Origin: Ramazzottius varieornatus
Taxonomy: Eukaryota; Animalia; Tardigrada
Direction of reading: 5' to 3'
DNA: 64,000 nt
Assembly (NCBI GenBank): GCA_001949185.1
Contig: BDGG01000003.1
Location: 2,897,158-2,961,157 of the forward strand
Part shown: positions 13,621-27,077 of the stretch, piece by piece
How the letters are laid out: each line of letters begins with the position of its first letter
How positions within the stretch are numbered: position 1 is the stretch's first letter
The notes under the pieces: generated by a model
What the model was told of the DNA's origin: nothing
The model's input: only the letters and a program-made list of their open reading frames with translations
Databases searched by the model: none
Position numbers and translations under genes: made by a program

Positions 13621-14195
13621 TCCATTTTTGTCATGACTGGACGGAGTCCCTTCTTAGTCTGCAACTATTGTTTGGTGCATTTGGTTCTTCGCTTGTCTGG
13701 GTCAAGAACACGACCAAAAGCTTGAAGGGTTGTGAGAATGAATACGAGCAGTAAATCACCAATAAAATAGCGGCAATTGCCGCCGGAAAATTGTTCTCTC
13801 AAGTGGCGCACGTTCTCAGTAGTAACAGCCAGGATCGTGCGCCAATTGGTATAGCAATCTGATCGAGTTTTCCCAAGTGATGTACGTTTGAGGTGTTGTT
13901 AAATGAAGTCGCGCGCCACTTGGAAATACGATCTTGAGTTTACTCGCCTGAGGACACCCAATTATTCTTGTCGTTCAAGGTAATGCTGCAAGGGTTAGAG
14001 CCGAAATGTCTCGTGGATCGCATCGGCTTGATGCTCTGTGGGAAGCTGCAGAACGATGCAACGACGCTGCAGCAGGCATGTGTCGGTAACCGATCGGAGC
14101 TGAAGCTGATCCACTTGCTTGGTCCGTTGTACGGAGGGGGGCAGAAGGTTCGGGACCCCGCGCTGGCCGTTTATGACATTACGGACGTGACATGA
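13621..14195 (+). pseudogene. Ubiquitin-like remnant or divergent UBL gene interrupted by palindromic repeats
   Basis: 13621-13725 reads IFVMTGRS...LVHLVLRLSG. 13980-14195 reads LMLCGKLQNDATTLQQ...LIHLLGPLYGGG plus a tail. Both resemble parts of ubiquitin, but no clean spliced model was found. Confidence 0.35.
13780..13952. repeat. Palindromic repeat family, tandem pair
   Basis: Two CAAGTG..GCGCCA(C/A)TTGG cores in succession. Confidence 0.8.
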
Positions 14196-14398
14196 TGAAG
14201 ATGGTTCCCGCTTGAAAGCCTTGAATTGACTTGTATGGGCGCGATTGGTGGTTTCTGGACAACAGTTGTGGTCTCGCTGCTCTGTTGTCATCTAACTTAG
14301 CCGTTTCACAAAGCTGTTGCTATTCGTAGTGAATTTTATTTTTAGACGTGTTGTGTGGAAAACATAAGATAGATTTTTTGGCATTGCATCGTGTTGTG

Positions 14399-14495
14399 AG
14401 CTCGGCAAACAAACTCGGCAAGATTTTTTCCCCAAGTGGCGCATCCCTCCAGCCACTAAAATCGAGGATGTACACCGCTTCGAAAAGCGGGTTTC
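14399..14495. repeat. Palindromic repeat family copy (upstream of SLC34 CDS)
   Basis: AGCTCGGCAAACAAACTCGGCAAGAT..CCCAAGTGGCGCA with a degenerate right arm. Confidence 0.8.
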
Positions 14496-14946
14496 CCGAT
14501 GCTCTTTTTCATGCACAGAAACGGGCTATGTGAGCGGAAGGCAGGTTCTTCCATTAGGTGCGACCGAGCATTTTACGAGAACTGAGCTTGATAAGATATG
14601 GTATGTACGAAAGACGAACCTGCAGCAGTACGTGATATGCAGTGGGTAAAGACTTTTATCGTCGTACTGACAATTGCCATTCCCCGCAATCAAATACTTC
14701 TGATACAACAACAACAGCTTTGTGGATCACAGGTATGTGCCAAGCCCGGGTGTGTTGTCGTTCTTGTTTATGTCCAAGGAAAACATTCTGACAGGTGTTC
14801 GTGTATTCTGGCTAGTTCTCTAGACAGCACCCACTGATGGCGACCCCATTGAAAACGTCGTGATATCATCCCACTCTTCAGGCGCAATTTCTGCCAGGTC
14901 CCAAGAGATCATAATTTTATGTAATTCGCAGTCTTTCCAGGCCACG

Positions 14947-17474
14947 ATGGGAACTCAGCGAGAACAATCGGAAAGCTCGTCCGGTTCGAACGGCAGTGGC
15001 GGCAGCACGAACCGCTTCCGTATGAAGAGAATAACAGGCAAGTCTCCAGAATGAAGAACAGTGGATCAGCGCAAACATTAATTATTATGCTTCCAGAAGC
15101 GGGAGGGATAGACAATGCCAATTTCACCATGGGCACCGACGAGGTGGACGGTTGGAACCACGTCAGGCTGGACGACAAGCAGGATGCTTCAAAGACCACA
15201 GCCCCGAGCCCCTTAGTCATTTCTGTCGCGACTACAGAAAACTCTGCCTATGATCTGACGGTACCTGACGTCCCGGATGATGGTCCTGCTTGGAGCGGTA
15301 AGCAAGGTCCTAAATTTTGTCCAACTGTTTCGCATGTATCATAGTTTGTGTGTTTAATATCTGGTTGTAGAGCTGACTGTCGCAAGAAAGGTTCAGCGCG
15401 TAGTGATGGCATTCGTCAAGATAGTTCTGTTGTTGGCTCTGCTGTACTTTTTCATCTGCGCACTGGACGTTCTCAGTTCGGCGTTCCGCTTGGTGGCCGG
15501 CAGAGGCGCTGCAGGGATCTTTAGCGAGGGGAGCCTGTTGGCGAATCCGGTAGCCGGACTGATGGTAGGCGTCATGGTCACTGTTCTCCTGCAAAGCTCG
15601 TCTACGACCACATCTATTATCGTGGCAATGGTCAGCAGCAACGGTATGTGCCAGTGGGCGGAGCCTTTGTACCGGTAAATTTCCATATGACAGCTCGGCA
15701 AACAAGCTCGACAGGATCGTCTTTCCCAAGTGGCGCACGCTGCCAGCCGATATTACCGAAAATGTGCGCCACTTGGCAAAATGATTTTGTCGAACTTGTT
15801 TATTTGCCCAAGTGCGCACGGTCCCGGCGTTATTGGCTGAAGCGTGCGCCACTTTGGAAAACGATCCTGGCGAGTTTGGCGAGCTCACAAATGAGAAACA
15901 AGCCTAGTTTGCCCATCGTAGTTCTAGAGGTACATGTCGCTACGTTCATTATTATGGGCGCCAACATCGGAACGTCAGTGACGAGCACTATCGTTGCGAT
16001 GACCCAAGCGGGTGACAAAGAGATCTTCCGTCGGGCATTCGCCGGTGGCACGGTCCACGACATGTTTAACTGGCTGACAGTCCTCATCCTTCTTCCGCTG
16101 GAGTGGACGACTGGCTTCTTGTACCTCCTCACCGATGCCATCACGAAACCTCTAGAAGTTCCCGACGCTGAAAGTGCACCCGGTAAAGTAAAGGGTCTCC
16201 AGGAGATCACCCGCCCCTTCACCAACCTCATTGTTCAGGTACGAAGTTGAACGCATTTTATTCTGCTTTCTTCCTCCACATGATCTTAGAGGCTTATCAT
16301 GAGTTTAGATCAACGACTCGGTTCTTTCTGCATGGGCTAAGGACCCCAACGACACGTCCAAAATGATGTTCCGAACATGTGGCTCGCGGAATGAAACCCT
16401 GTCCGATGGTACCATCGTATCCGAGGATCTCTATTGTACGTATGTGTATGATAGTTCTCGTCTTCCTCCATATCGCTTACGCAGCATTGTTTTCCAGGTA
16501 AACACATGTTTGCAAGAGCCTCGACGTTGAGTGATGAAAATGTTGGGGTGATATTGTTGATCTGCTCGCTCGTGGTTATCTGCACTTCCCTCATCATTCT
16601 GGTCAAAGTTCTCAGCGGTATGCTAAAAGGTTCCGTCGCCAAAGTCATCCATCGTACCCTCAACTACGACTTCCCCTACCCATTTACCTTCCTGACCGGA
16701 TACCTGGCTCTTGCCATCGGTGCCGGCATGACCATCATTGTACAAAGCAGCTCTGTCTTTACGTCCACGCTAACGCCTCTAGTCGGTCTGGGCGTTATCT
16801 CCATTGAACGGATGTACCCGCTCACTTTAGGTTCGAACATCGGTACAACAGCGACCTCGGTCCTGGCGGCTCTAGCTTCTTCCGCGAGCACTTTCCACAA
16901 CGCGCTACAAACTTCGCTAATTCATCTCTTCTTCAACCTTAGCGGAGTCTTCCTGTGGTACACTTTATGGTTCATGCGGAGATTCCCTATCGGCGCGGCA
17001 AAGTTCCTCGGAAATACCACAGCCAAGTATCGTTGGTTCGCTCTAGCATATCTCCTCACCGTCTTTATAGTCATTCCTGGTATAGTTTTCCTGCTCAGCT
17101 GGCTCGGGCCGATCTACCTGGCTGTCGTGGGATCGATCGCCTTGTTCATAATAGCGTGTATAACGGTCATCAATGTGATGCAGAAGCACTGGCCACACCA
17201 CTTGCCGGTAACACTGCAAACGTGGAAATGGTTGCCGGAACCGCTGAGATCGCTTAGGCCGCTGGACAGACTGATTCGGAAAACCTTCAGGGTGGTGCCG
17301 TGCTGTCGCAAGATTGTGGCAGACGGAGCGGCGGAAAACCAGGCGGTCGTGGTTGCTGTACCACCTGTGCTCGACATGTACTCAACTCAACCCATGTTTT
17401 CCGTGAAATCCGATTCACCACTGGAAAGCAAACCAACTTCAGTCATGCTAATTCGATCTGGACGGTTAGATTAA
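14947..17474 (+). CDS. SLC34A: Sodium-dependent phosphate cotransporter, SLC34/NaPi-II family
   Basis: [82 protein letters not shown]. The first coding intron is GC-AG (15038-15096). Confidence 0.96.
15692..15885. repeat. Palindromic repeat family, tandem pair (SLC34 intron)
   Basis: AGCTCGGCAAACAAGCTCGACAGGATCG..CAAGTGGCGCACG..GTGCGCCACTTGG, followed by a second core. Confidence 0.88.
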
Positions 17475-17527
17475 TTGTACCACGTGTATCGTATTTCAAA
17501 TAAAATTCTTATGGTACATTCAGCGGA

Positions 17528-17640
17528 TGTGGACAAATGAACGGAACCAGATTGTCATCTCAAGTGGTGCATATTTTCATTGTTATTGGCTGGAAATGTT
17601 CGCCGGTTGAGAAATCGGTCTGCCTCAGTTCATCTCCCCA
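17528..17640. repeat. Palindromic repeat family copy (between SLC34 and LRRK 3' ends)
   Basis: CAAGTGGTGCA..TTATTGGCTG..CGCCGGTTGAG. Confidence 0.65.
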
Positions 17641-17798
17641 CGTGCAGAATTTTGTCCACAGATAAAATTCAATAAAACAAGAAGCAAATCCGACGGAATA
17701 AAAGCAATCTAAGTCGGAAAATGGTCTCTATCAGTACAGATCAAAAGAGAAAAGCCCGGAAAGAACTAAAACCAAAGAAAATACTGTCAGGAAAAATG

Positions 17799-20700
17799 TC
17801 AAAGTGCCCAGTCGTTGGTTCGCCACAACACAGCACACAAAGTCATGGGAGAAACACTCTGCTTGAGGTTATCATGGTTAAAAAATCTGCTTATCACATC
17901 GCGATAGCCTTGGCCCACCGTTATGACACGGCTGGAGCCATCAGCGAACCGCAGAGGGAGTATGGCCATGATGCGGTCAGCGTGGGGCCGGATCACCGAT
18001 AAAGGATTTAGGGAATGAGATTCCACCACTATCAAACTACCCCACACTGTTCCCACGTAGAGCAGCCCGTCGAACAGCGCCATGCAACTCAAATAGCGCT
18101 TTGTATCGTCCCGAGAGGTCTCGTCGATACCGATAGAGTCTAGACTTTCCGACACCGGGATCAATCTCTCACAGTCCAGCTTATGGACAACGTGCGACTT
18201 TAGCAGAGCCCAACAGTGCAACGTCCCATCTGAAACAAAGATCGAAGTTAGTGTTATTTTATAGAACTGAACCATATCGTTATTCCGAGTGGCGCACGTT
18301 TCCTTTTTAGTGGCTGGAAGTGTGCGCCACTTGGGAAGACAAACTGACTGATATCATCTGCACACAAGGCCGTGCTCGTAAAAGGCCGTGCTGGACATTC
18401 TCGAGTGTGGTGAGTTACCTTCTTCTAAGCAAGTCCATGCAAAGCTTCCTTCCTTCGGACTTCCCACAATCTTCGCAGTTCTCTTCGACGTCTCGGGGTG
18501 TTGCAGAACAAAGTCTTGAGCAATACCGTCATCTCTAACATGAATGGCGACAACCTGTCCACCATCTGCAGCTGCCCATATCGTCTCTTTGCTGACGAAC
18601 GTCAGTTCGCTCACCGCAATATCTATACGGCAGAAGTTCTCGACTAACTTGTTCTTGCGTAAAGATGCGTGGCTGTTCAATACGAGCAGTCTGTTGGAAG
18701 ACAGCGCTACCACCACTCGTTGTTTGTCAGGGTTGTAGACCCAACAAAGTACGTCACCATCTTGGGCAGCGTTACCGAAGGTGATGGCGAAAGACTCGAG
18801 GAGCTCTAAGGTCTTTGAGCAGTAAACAGAGACCGTTCTACCACGAAGAAGCCAGATGGAATCCGGCATGGAAAGAGCGCGCGAGACGGAGGTTTCTTCC
18901 TGCGCCGCATTCATCGTCTGCAAAGAAAATAGTATTCAAAAAGCAGGCTTTCGAAATGTTAATATGTCCAAATCAGCGTTTGAGCAAAACCAATTTGTGA
19001 TAAGGAAATCCCTTATCAATTTTTTGGAGTATGATAGATTTGCTGAACGAAACGTGTTACCCGAGAGTCAGTCCAGCTGCTCGACGTGCATAACACCATA
19101 TTGATCGTTCCATCCTGCAGAACAATACCAACAGCGTCGCCCGCGACGAAGATGCCACCGGGTACCACATTCAGTCCAACGTCTTCCAACATGGCGACAT
19201 CTTGCAAGTGGCTCAGTTCCGGTGTATTGCAGATAGAAAGAACTTGGCTCGAACTTGGTCGATCCTTCGGCGACTGCGACCAGGCGATCACTAATAGATC
19301 GAGGATCAGGGAAGGATACGTCAAGGTCCAACTCGTGACAGGAGGTCGACCACCATCCAGAACGATGTCTTTGACCTGATCCTGTCCGTCGAATGGCTGC
19401 TTTAGTGTCAGAAGCTCGTACATCAACATTCCGAAGGAGAAGACGTCCACCTGAAAATGAAACCAGTGCTCAATGTGACACTGCCTCCAACAGACTTCGA
19501 AAAAGTAATTTCGGAATAAAACTCGCATGAACCTGCCTACAGTCTCCAGTAAGAATTAAGTTTCCGCGTGTATGCAGGTCCCTGACTTTACACCCGAATT
19601 TTGAAGGATAAAAACTTCGATCCTTCCTAATATTCGACAGTTCTTCTACACGTACCGCTTCGTTATACTCTTCCTCCCCTCCGTATTGAATGATTTCCGG
19701 AGCAATGTACGCTTCGGTCCCAGCGAAGCCTTTGGTGGTACTGGCCGCTGTAACCGCTCTGGATATCCCATAGTCCGTCAGCTTGACCATCACCTTTTTG
19801 TCCATACTCCACACCAAAACATTGTCCGACTTTAGATCCCGGTAGATGATCCGGAAGCCATGTAAGTACTCCAACGCTTTACTAATCTGACTGCAAATCT
19901 GCTGCACACACACCGCCGATAGCCTGTCGCTACTTTGCCGTAGGTTCTTCAGATGGTCCAACAGAGAACCCTTTGGCGCGAGCTGAAGGACTATGCCCAG
20001 TGGCTGCATACATAGTCCCACTAGGCCGACGATGTGGTGATGAGACAAGGATGTCAGTATGGACAGTTCTTGACGAGCCGTCCAGTAAGCTTTACAGTAC
20101 GACTGTAGAGGATCGTGCTCCCACTGCTGCATGGCACTCTTATATGCAGCGAGGACAGCGGGATCCGAACCGAAACCTGGATCGACCGGAAGTAGCATCT
20201 TGACCGCCACCTCTTGTGCCGTCCGATTGGCCTACAGAAGACGTTCATGCGATATTTCGACCTATTTTTGTCTTATTTGTTCGTTGTTTCTTCTTCTTAC
20301 GATGGCTTTGACGGAAGCTCTGTATACAAAGCCAAAGGCGCCCCGCCCTAGTATTCTTCCCCGTTTGAGGTCGCCGGGGAAGAGTAGCTTCTCGATGGGC
20401 AAGTCCAGGAACATAGTTTCAGGCGCGATATCTCGCAGCTTGACCGTGCCGTGAGTAGCACATGTCATGTCGTCGTAACCTGTTACTGCTCGGTAAATCA
20501 TCTGTTCCACCGAGAAGACTCGGACATCAGTTTCTGTTGTGTCCGAAGCACCTTCGCCCATTCCGTTTAACATCCAAGTCGTAAGACAGGAAGGACACGG
20601 CGTGAACTTTGTGATGAGCAGCTGTCCGGTGGATGTGTGGATGAACCGTGTCCCCAAACTTGGATACCTGGAAAAAAAAGAAACAATTACAAACGCCGGA

Positions 20701-23700
20701 CAAAATTATTGGAAAGGTCGGCAAACGAAATGCGGAAGATCATTACTTCAAGTGGCGCGCCTTCTCGTTGATTTGCTAAAAGGGTGCGCCGCTCAGGATA
20801 ACAATCCTGTTTGTTTCGTTTACCGACCTCGTCAATATTTTCTCGTTGGATGAAATTTCTCACCAGTCCTCTAACAGTGCATCGATATGGCTGACACATC
20901 GGTTCAGCAACATGGAGACGCCCGCCACGCTACTGACCACGATCTCGCCTTTGCTATACAGCGGGAGCTTGATCTCCATAATGGCTTTGTTATTCAAGCT
21001 GAGTGTTTTCCAGTTCCCATCGTGGTTTATCAGCACTTTCTCCGGTAAACGGTTATTATACTCCGGTAGTTCCTTCAGTTTCAGTACAGGGTTGTTTCCG
21101 AACCGGAGTTCCAGCGCATTCTGCCAGCACAGCCACTCTACGGCCAGACCCGACTTGCCTTCTTCGGAGTAGTAACCACGAAGGTCCTTCCAAAACTTCT
21201 CGTCGGAAATCAGACGAGAAATCAAGCGGGACCAAAACCCACTTGGAAAATACAGCATGGTGTAATACCTACAGAAAAACACTCCTTACATCTCCATTGG
21301 ACAGTAACCAGTCCATCAATCTTGAACCCATGCATACCTACCGACGAATTTGCGAACTGGCATCGGTTGCCAGTCCTTCCATCGATACACTGGGTTCTTC
21401 CGGGCTATCCAGATATGGCTTGAAATGTATCCAGTTCCTTCCGCTACTTCGAATCTCAATCTTCAACGGAAGGTTATCATGCGCCGTACCATCCATGTTT
21501 GTTCGCTTGATTGGTAACATCGACGGTATCAGCAAAGTCCTCGCGTCCAGTTTTAGCGCCACCTCGAACTTGTTCAACAAGCTGAGAATGTACGTGTGTA
21601 TATCAATCAGCGCATACTTCGACAGCTTGAACAGCACCTTCAGATCATCCACTTTCATGATCCCCCTCCTGACGAACGGATTGATCTCCCTCACGGTAAT
21701 CACGCTAGCCAGGGTATCGCACAGCCACTGCGGGTCAAGGAAGTACAAGTCCTTCAACCCACCACTATCCTCGTAGTGTAACAGTATGCCGTTATCATGC
21801 AAAAACATGACGGCTTGCCGGAGCTCTGCAGAGTCTCGGAATGTCATGTCGAAGCGCTCATGTAGTTCGTGAGCTATGATCGCGCGGAAGTACTCTGTGG
21901 TGACTACGGGGTGTTGTCCGCTGTCACGGTATTCTTGGGCCAGGGTATTGACAAGGTCTTCCAAAGCGATGTAGATTTTGGGGACCTGTTGTTCCATTAG
22001 GCGTTTCTGCGTGCCCGGAGACCGCATGTCCCAGGCTGCGTCCGCAATCATCTTGGTTAACTGAGGCACGTTCGTCTTGTTTTTGCAACTAACTTCCACA
22101 CAGCCTACAATGCGAGGAAGTCCGTGCTTGTCGGCGTCAATGACCCCCACAAAGCGGTGGCGCACCTGTAAACGATCTCTAACTTAGTAAGCTCGGCATA
22201 GTTTGAGAAGGCGACACAGACCTGCATACACAGGCACCGAACTAGCCGTATGCAAGTGCATGACGCGGCCACATTCGTACAAACTACTGTAATTATGGAC
22301 CCTTTTGAGCAAGCTCGTCTAGTGAAACAGTTTTCCTAGTGCTTCTTACGTACTTCTCGCTTCAGTTCTTCCGCGTAGTCCAAACTTCCTTTCATGCCTT
22401 TCACCTCATCGAGATGCGTCCCCACTATAACTACCGGCGACCCAGGTGCTCTGGCTTGGATGTTCACCAGCCACTGCGTGATCTCCCTGATACCGACAAG
22501 CCCATCAAGCATGTTCCACACCACCAGGTATATCGAGCGCTTAGACAGGAAGTACTGGTGCGTAGCGTAGTACTCGCGCTGACCAGCAAAGTCCCACGTA
22601 CGAAAAGTGAAGTCATGTGCCCCGTTGCTGTATGACCACTCACCTAGGTCGATGCCTACTGTAGACAGCTCGACGGAGTGCCGAGAGTTCTTCTGCGTCA
22701 TGCGTTGTGTCCAGTTGGACGATTCGGCTGATGATGGGCGCTTCCTTGTGGGTTCCTCGTTCTTTAGAGCTTTGAGTAGGCTGGTCTTTCCTTTATTCTC
22801 CAGCCCGACGAACATGAGCTTCAGCCGGCTATATGGCTGACAGTTTTCCAAGGACGACTTCAGATAGCCTTGAAATAGAAATACATATATTGTGTTTGAT
22901 TTTCCTGCTCGTAGATCCAGTCCCAGAAAATTGATCATACCAAGAGGAGAAGACTAGAAATACCTAGAATGTCGGCGGTCTTGTATTGTTTGTTGTTGAA
23001 CATGCTCTTCAGCGGCTCTGTCAGGTTACATCCATGAGCATTCAGAGTCCACAGCTTCGGCAACAGCCCGAGCTGTGGGGGAATGTCTGAAATACCCACG
23101 TTGCCAACGAGGTTCAGAATCGACAGGGCTGACATGTTAGAGTACGACACGGGCACTTCGGATAGACGGTTGTTGCTCACGTCGAGGACGGACAGGTTAG
23201 GGTAAAGAAGTGACTGTCCTCCATTCCCCGATGCATTCTGAAACCCATATCGCAACTATTATCAAATAATTGGTCATCTATAGTTTAGAAACAGAACAGC
23301 AGCATTAGAGCGCACTCACCAAACGCCCACCCGAGCCCGAGGAAGTGCGACTTCCTTTCTTCGTCGGCGGACTTCCGGTCACTTCGAACGATGCCAGAAG
23401 GTTCTGCGAAACGATTAGAGTTCTCAGGTTATCGAGCCGCCAGTGTCGTCGATGTATACATGGGTGATCCGTTTCAATCGCCACTACAAATAAGACAGTG
23501 CGTTAATTAGTGCGCCACTTCATCAGATCGAAAAACTCTTACTACTTCGCCTTCCTTTATACCAGGAGCCCTCATCTGAATAGCACACACAGTCCACTTC
23601 TTCCGCCATGGCGGGCCTCAACGCCTCCTCCAGCGAGTTCCCCGCGAACTCCAGATGCTTGATCCCAGCTGGTATGTCTTGAATGATGCCCATGGATCTG

Positions 23701-26700
23701 AGGCAGTTATGGGACAGTACGAGCCTCGACAGGTTCGGTACAAGACAGGACAAACCCAATGGAACGCTGGTTAGTCCATTATAGGCCAGGTTTAGGGTCC
23801 TCATGGCGCTCTCGGTGTTCTTGTCCGTCTTGATCTCCACGCGCTGAACGGTCTCGAGAACCAGCCGTGAACCCCACAAGTTCTTCCGGTGTACTGGCTG
23901 GCTGATCATCTCGGATCGCTTGCTGGCGTCAGCCTCACTTTCTTGGGTGGTCAAGCTGCTGTTCGATCCACTGAGCGTACTTGACTGCGAGACAGTTCGC
24001 TCGGGAGAAAACACTAAAATGGTAAACCTAATGTGTATTCGCAACCAGGCAAGAAAGTTTGCTGAAATTTTCGGTAAAGAAAGAACTTGAGAATTTTCAT
24101 ACTGTATTTCGGAATCTGTTATTCTTCATCTAATTTTTCCAGAAGGTAAATGCGCATCTTTCAGTCTTCACCTGCGATTTTGTCCGTTCTCAGTGGAAGA
24201 CTTTCGAGGACATTATGGCTCAAGTTGAGGTCCTTCAAGACCGGAGCCTGCCACATAGCCCACGGTAGACTATGTATGGCGTTATTCGACATATCTAAGG
24301 ACACGAGCGCCGGGAAGTAAAACAGGTCGTCTGGAGCTGCAGTCAAGTTATTATGTGACAATATCACTTCCTGAAGAACGGGACACTGACACGACGACGG
24401 GTTCCTGCAAAGGTCTAAGGATCCAAACCGCGAGATCTTGTTATGTGCGGCATTTAACATTCGCAGACTCTGTAACCGGAACACGGAAGTCGGCAGCTCT
24501 TCCAAGTCACAGTCGGAGACGTCCAGCTTGGTGATGGCGTATAACGCCATACCACCAGCCACTTTCGGATTGAGGACACTGGCCGAATGAGACAACCATG
24601 TCTCATCAAACTTCGTCAGGGAACGCGTGCTTTGCCAGTTGACCGCGACGGGTACAGTCGGGAAGATTGCACTGTATGTTAGGGAACCGGAAGGGGAACT
24701 GTGCTGACGGATACCCTTGGCGGAGGCTAACTCCATCAGCTTCTTGTTGATCTTGAACTCCGTATCTGTATAACTACACCAGTCAGAACTGAAAACATAT
24801 GTGGGAGTGGCGCACGAGGACAGCCTGTAGCACCGACATCGTACGCCGCTTGGCAAAACCTAACCCGATGAGATCGTTTTTTCCTGGCGCACACCTTCAG
24901 CTAAGAGCACTGGAAATGTGCGCCAATTGGGTAGACGCTCTGGAGTGTGGACGAGTTAGTTTGCCGAGCTCTCATTTCTTCTCTGCGGATAGACCTACCT
25001 CGATGGGAATGCAGAGCGAGCATTCGGGTGAGAATCTCGTTGTCGATCCCATCCGCCATGGCCGCACTCAGACCAAAGTGGCCGACATCGGTAGCGCCTC
25101 TGGACAGCAGGAACATTACCATCCTAAGATCGTTATTCGCGACAGCGGCAGCCAGTGCCGTGGACTTAACTCCTTGGTTCCCTAAGAAAACTTGTGTGTT
25201 TACGGAAGCTCCTTGGTCCAGCAAGAGGGTAGTTATCTGGTGGTTCTTGTTCTTGACTGCGGCATACAAGGCAGTCTCGCCGATGTAGCTGGGCAGATCG
25301 AGGTGAAGCGGGCTTATCAGCTTCTCGGCTTGGTCACCGTTGTAACCTGCGACTTTCTTGGCTGTCAGCTGTTCCACTAGCCGAATGTTGCCAGTGTCTA
25401 CAGCAAGGTACAGCGGAGTCTGGTGGTCGGTGGTGACTGCGTTGATGTCGAACGGCATTTTGTAGTTCCAGACCATCGTAGAGTCCACGAAGGGCTGGAG
25501 ACAGTCTTCGGGGTATTGGTGATTCAAGATGATGTCAACGATGTGTCGGTGTTGGAGACTGACTGCAACGTGAAGAGGCAACCATCCTAGGTTATTCGGC
25601 TTCGAAACCAAAGACGGTGAAGCCTGAAAACAATGTTGAGATCGTTTCAGCTGGTCGATACGTGGAAATATCAGCGTGACATACCACTAGGAGAAGTTTG
25701 ACAATTTCTTGGTTCCCGCGAAAGGCAGCCTCGTACAATGCGCTACCTTCTTTGATGGAAACATTGGGGTCCGCGCCTCTTTCCAGCAGAACGCGGACCA
25801 TCTCCACATCGTTGTTCGATATCGCCCTGGAAAAAACACCGAAGTTGGATACGGCGATGGTCGATCAACAGACAAGTAGGCCAAAACCCGCGCAAGTGAT
25901 CAAACCAGCCAACCTCAACATCACCGGAAGTCCTTCCATATCAATGGACTGAAGAAACGATGCGCTGTCATTCCTCACGTGATCCAGAATCTGACCAATA
26001 CGCTGCGTGTCATGTCGCATAAAGGCTTGGATAAATTCTACAAACAATAAAATTTTGGCAACTGTTCGGTCTTGCCCACGGACTCAGCCGAAATCCGTGT
26101 TGATTACCAGTTCGGTTGTTTCCCAGTCTTTCGGCTTTTGCTTCTGTAAAAACCAAAAGCTGCCATATGGTCAAAAACATTCGCTAATATTTATTATGCC
26201 TACTTATACCTTGGTAAACTCTGAGCATGTCGATGCAATCCCTTTGCTTCCTCTCCACCGCGACGTCTAACGCAGTTTGACCTTTTGCGTTATGTACATC
26301 TGTCATGGCTCCGGCGCTCAGCAGACCGGCAACCGCTTCTAACCTGCCGTGATAAGCGGCTATGTGCAACGGTGTCTGAAAGCAACCACTGTGAAGCGTT
26401 CATGGCACTTTTGAATTATTCATGGTTTGATAATCGGAAGCTTCACCCACCTCAGCTCCCGCACGCAGCGAACTTTGGACATTTGGATGTGCTGTGAATC
26501 ACATGAAATATCAACAACGGTGAACACAGCAGCCACTCATCCAACGACCAAAATAATCATAAATCGGTTAATGTTCCGGATGGCAGACAATCAAACTCCA
26601 AGTACCTCCTGCGCTGAGCAGAACAGCAACCAGCGAGGAATTGCCACTCCCAGCAGCCAGGTGCAAAGCTGTTCGCCCGTACTTATCTTCGGCGTTGATA

Positions 26701-27077
26701 TTGGCCACTTCTTCTCCATTTTTCAGCAGGTCCTCCAGTAGTTCTGCGTTCTCCCACACACAGGCTTGGTGGAGTAGACGACCTGTAATCAGATAACGAA
26801 CTTAGTACATCTCTGATAGTCATAACGAGCTTCCAGTGTCCCCTTTGTGTGCCACTTTGTGTACTAGAACCACCGAATTTGTCTCCAGTGGCTTATCAGA
26901 TGATAACAGTCGACCTCAAAAACTCTGTCGAACACCGAGACTTCGCAAGGATGATTCATTTGCGACACTAAAGCAGTTCGTTTAGTGAACGATTGCGTCA
27001 ACCGGAAGTAGATTCCAGTATTCCACCAAGCAACTATTGCTGTCGTTTCTCTTACCGGGGAAGTCCGGTTCGTTCAT
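17799..27077 (-). CDS. LRRK: Leucine-rich repeat kinase (Roco: ANK-LRR-Roc-COR-kinase-WD40), invertebrate LRRK/lrk-1 orthologue
   Basis: MNEPDFPGRLLHQACVWENAELLEDLL, ankyrin repeats and LRRs. Roc: KLMFVGLENKGKTSL, WDFAGQREYYATHQYFLS. COR: FPSGFWSRLISR. Kinase: GRGAFG, YRDLKSDN, DYG. Confidence 0.97.
18262..18350. repeat. Palindromic repeat family copy (LRRK intron)
   Basis: AGTGGCGCACG..GTGCGCCACTTGGG. Confidence 0.85.
20716..20828. repeat. Palindromic repeat family copy (LRRK intron)
   Basis: GGTCGGCAAACGAAA..AAGTGGCGC..GTGCGCC..TTTCGTTTACCGACC. Confidence 0.8.
24803..24970. repeat. Palindromic repeat family, tandem pair (LRRK intron)
   Basis: Two TGGCGCAC..CGCC cores, ending CGAGTTAGTTTGCCGAGCT. 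Confidence 0.8.

Noticed and set aside
13938-13967. VYSPEDT as a match to ubiquitin VEPSDT
   Set aside because: It derives largely from the right arm of the palindromic repeat and is preceded by an in-frame stop.
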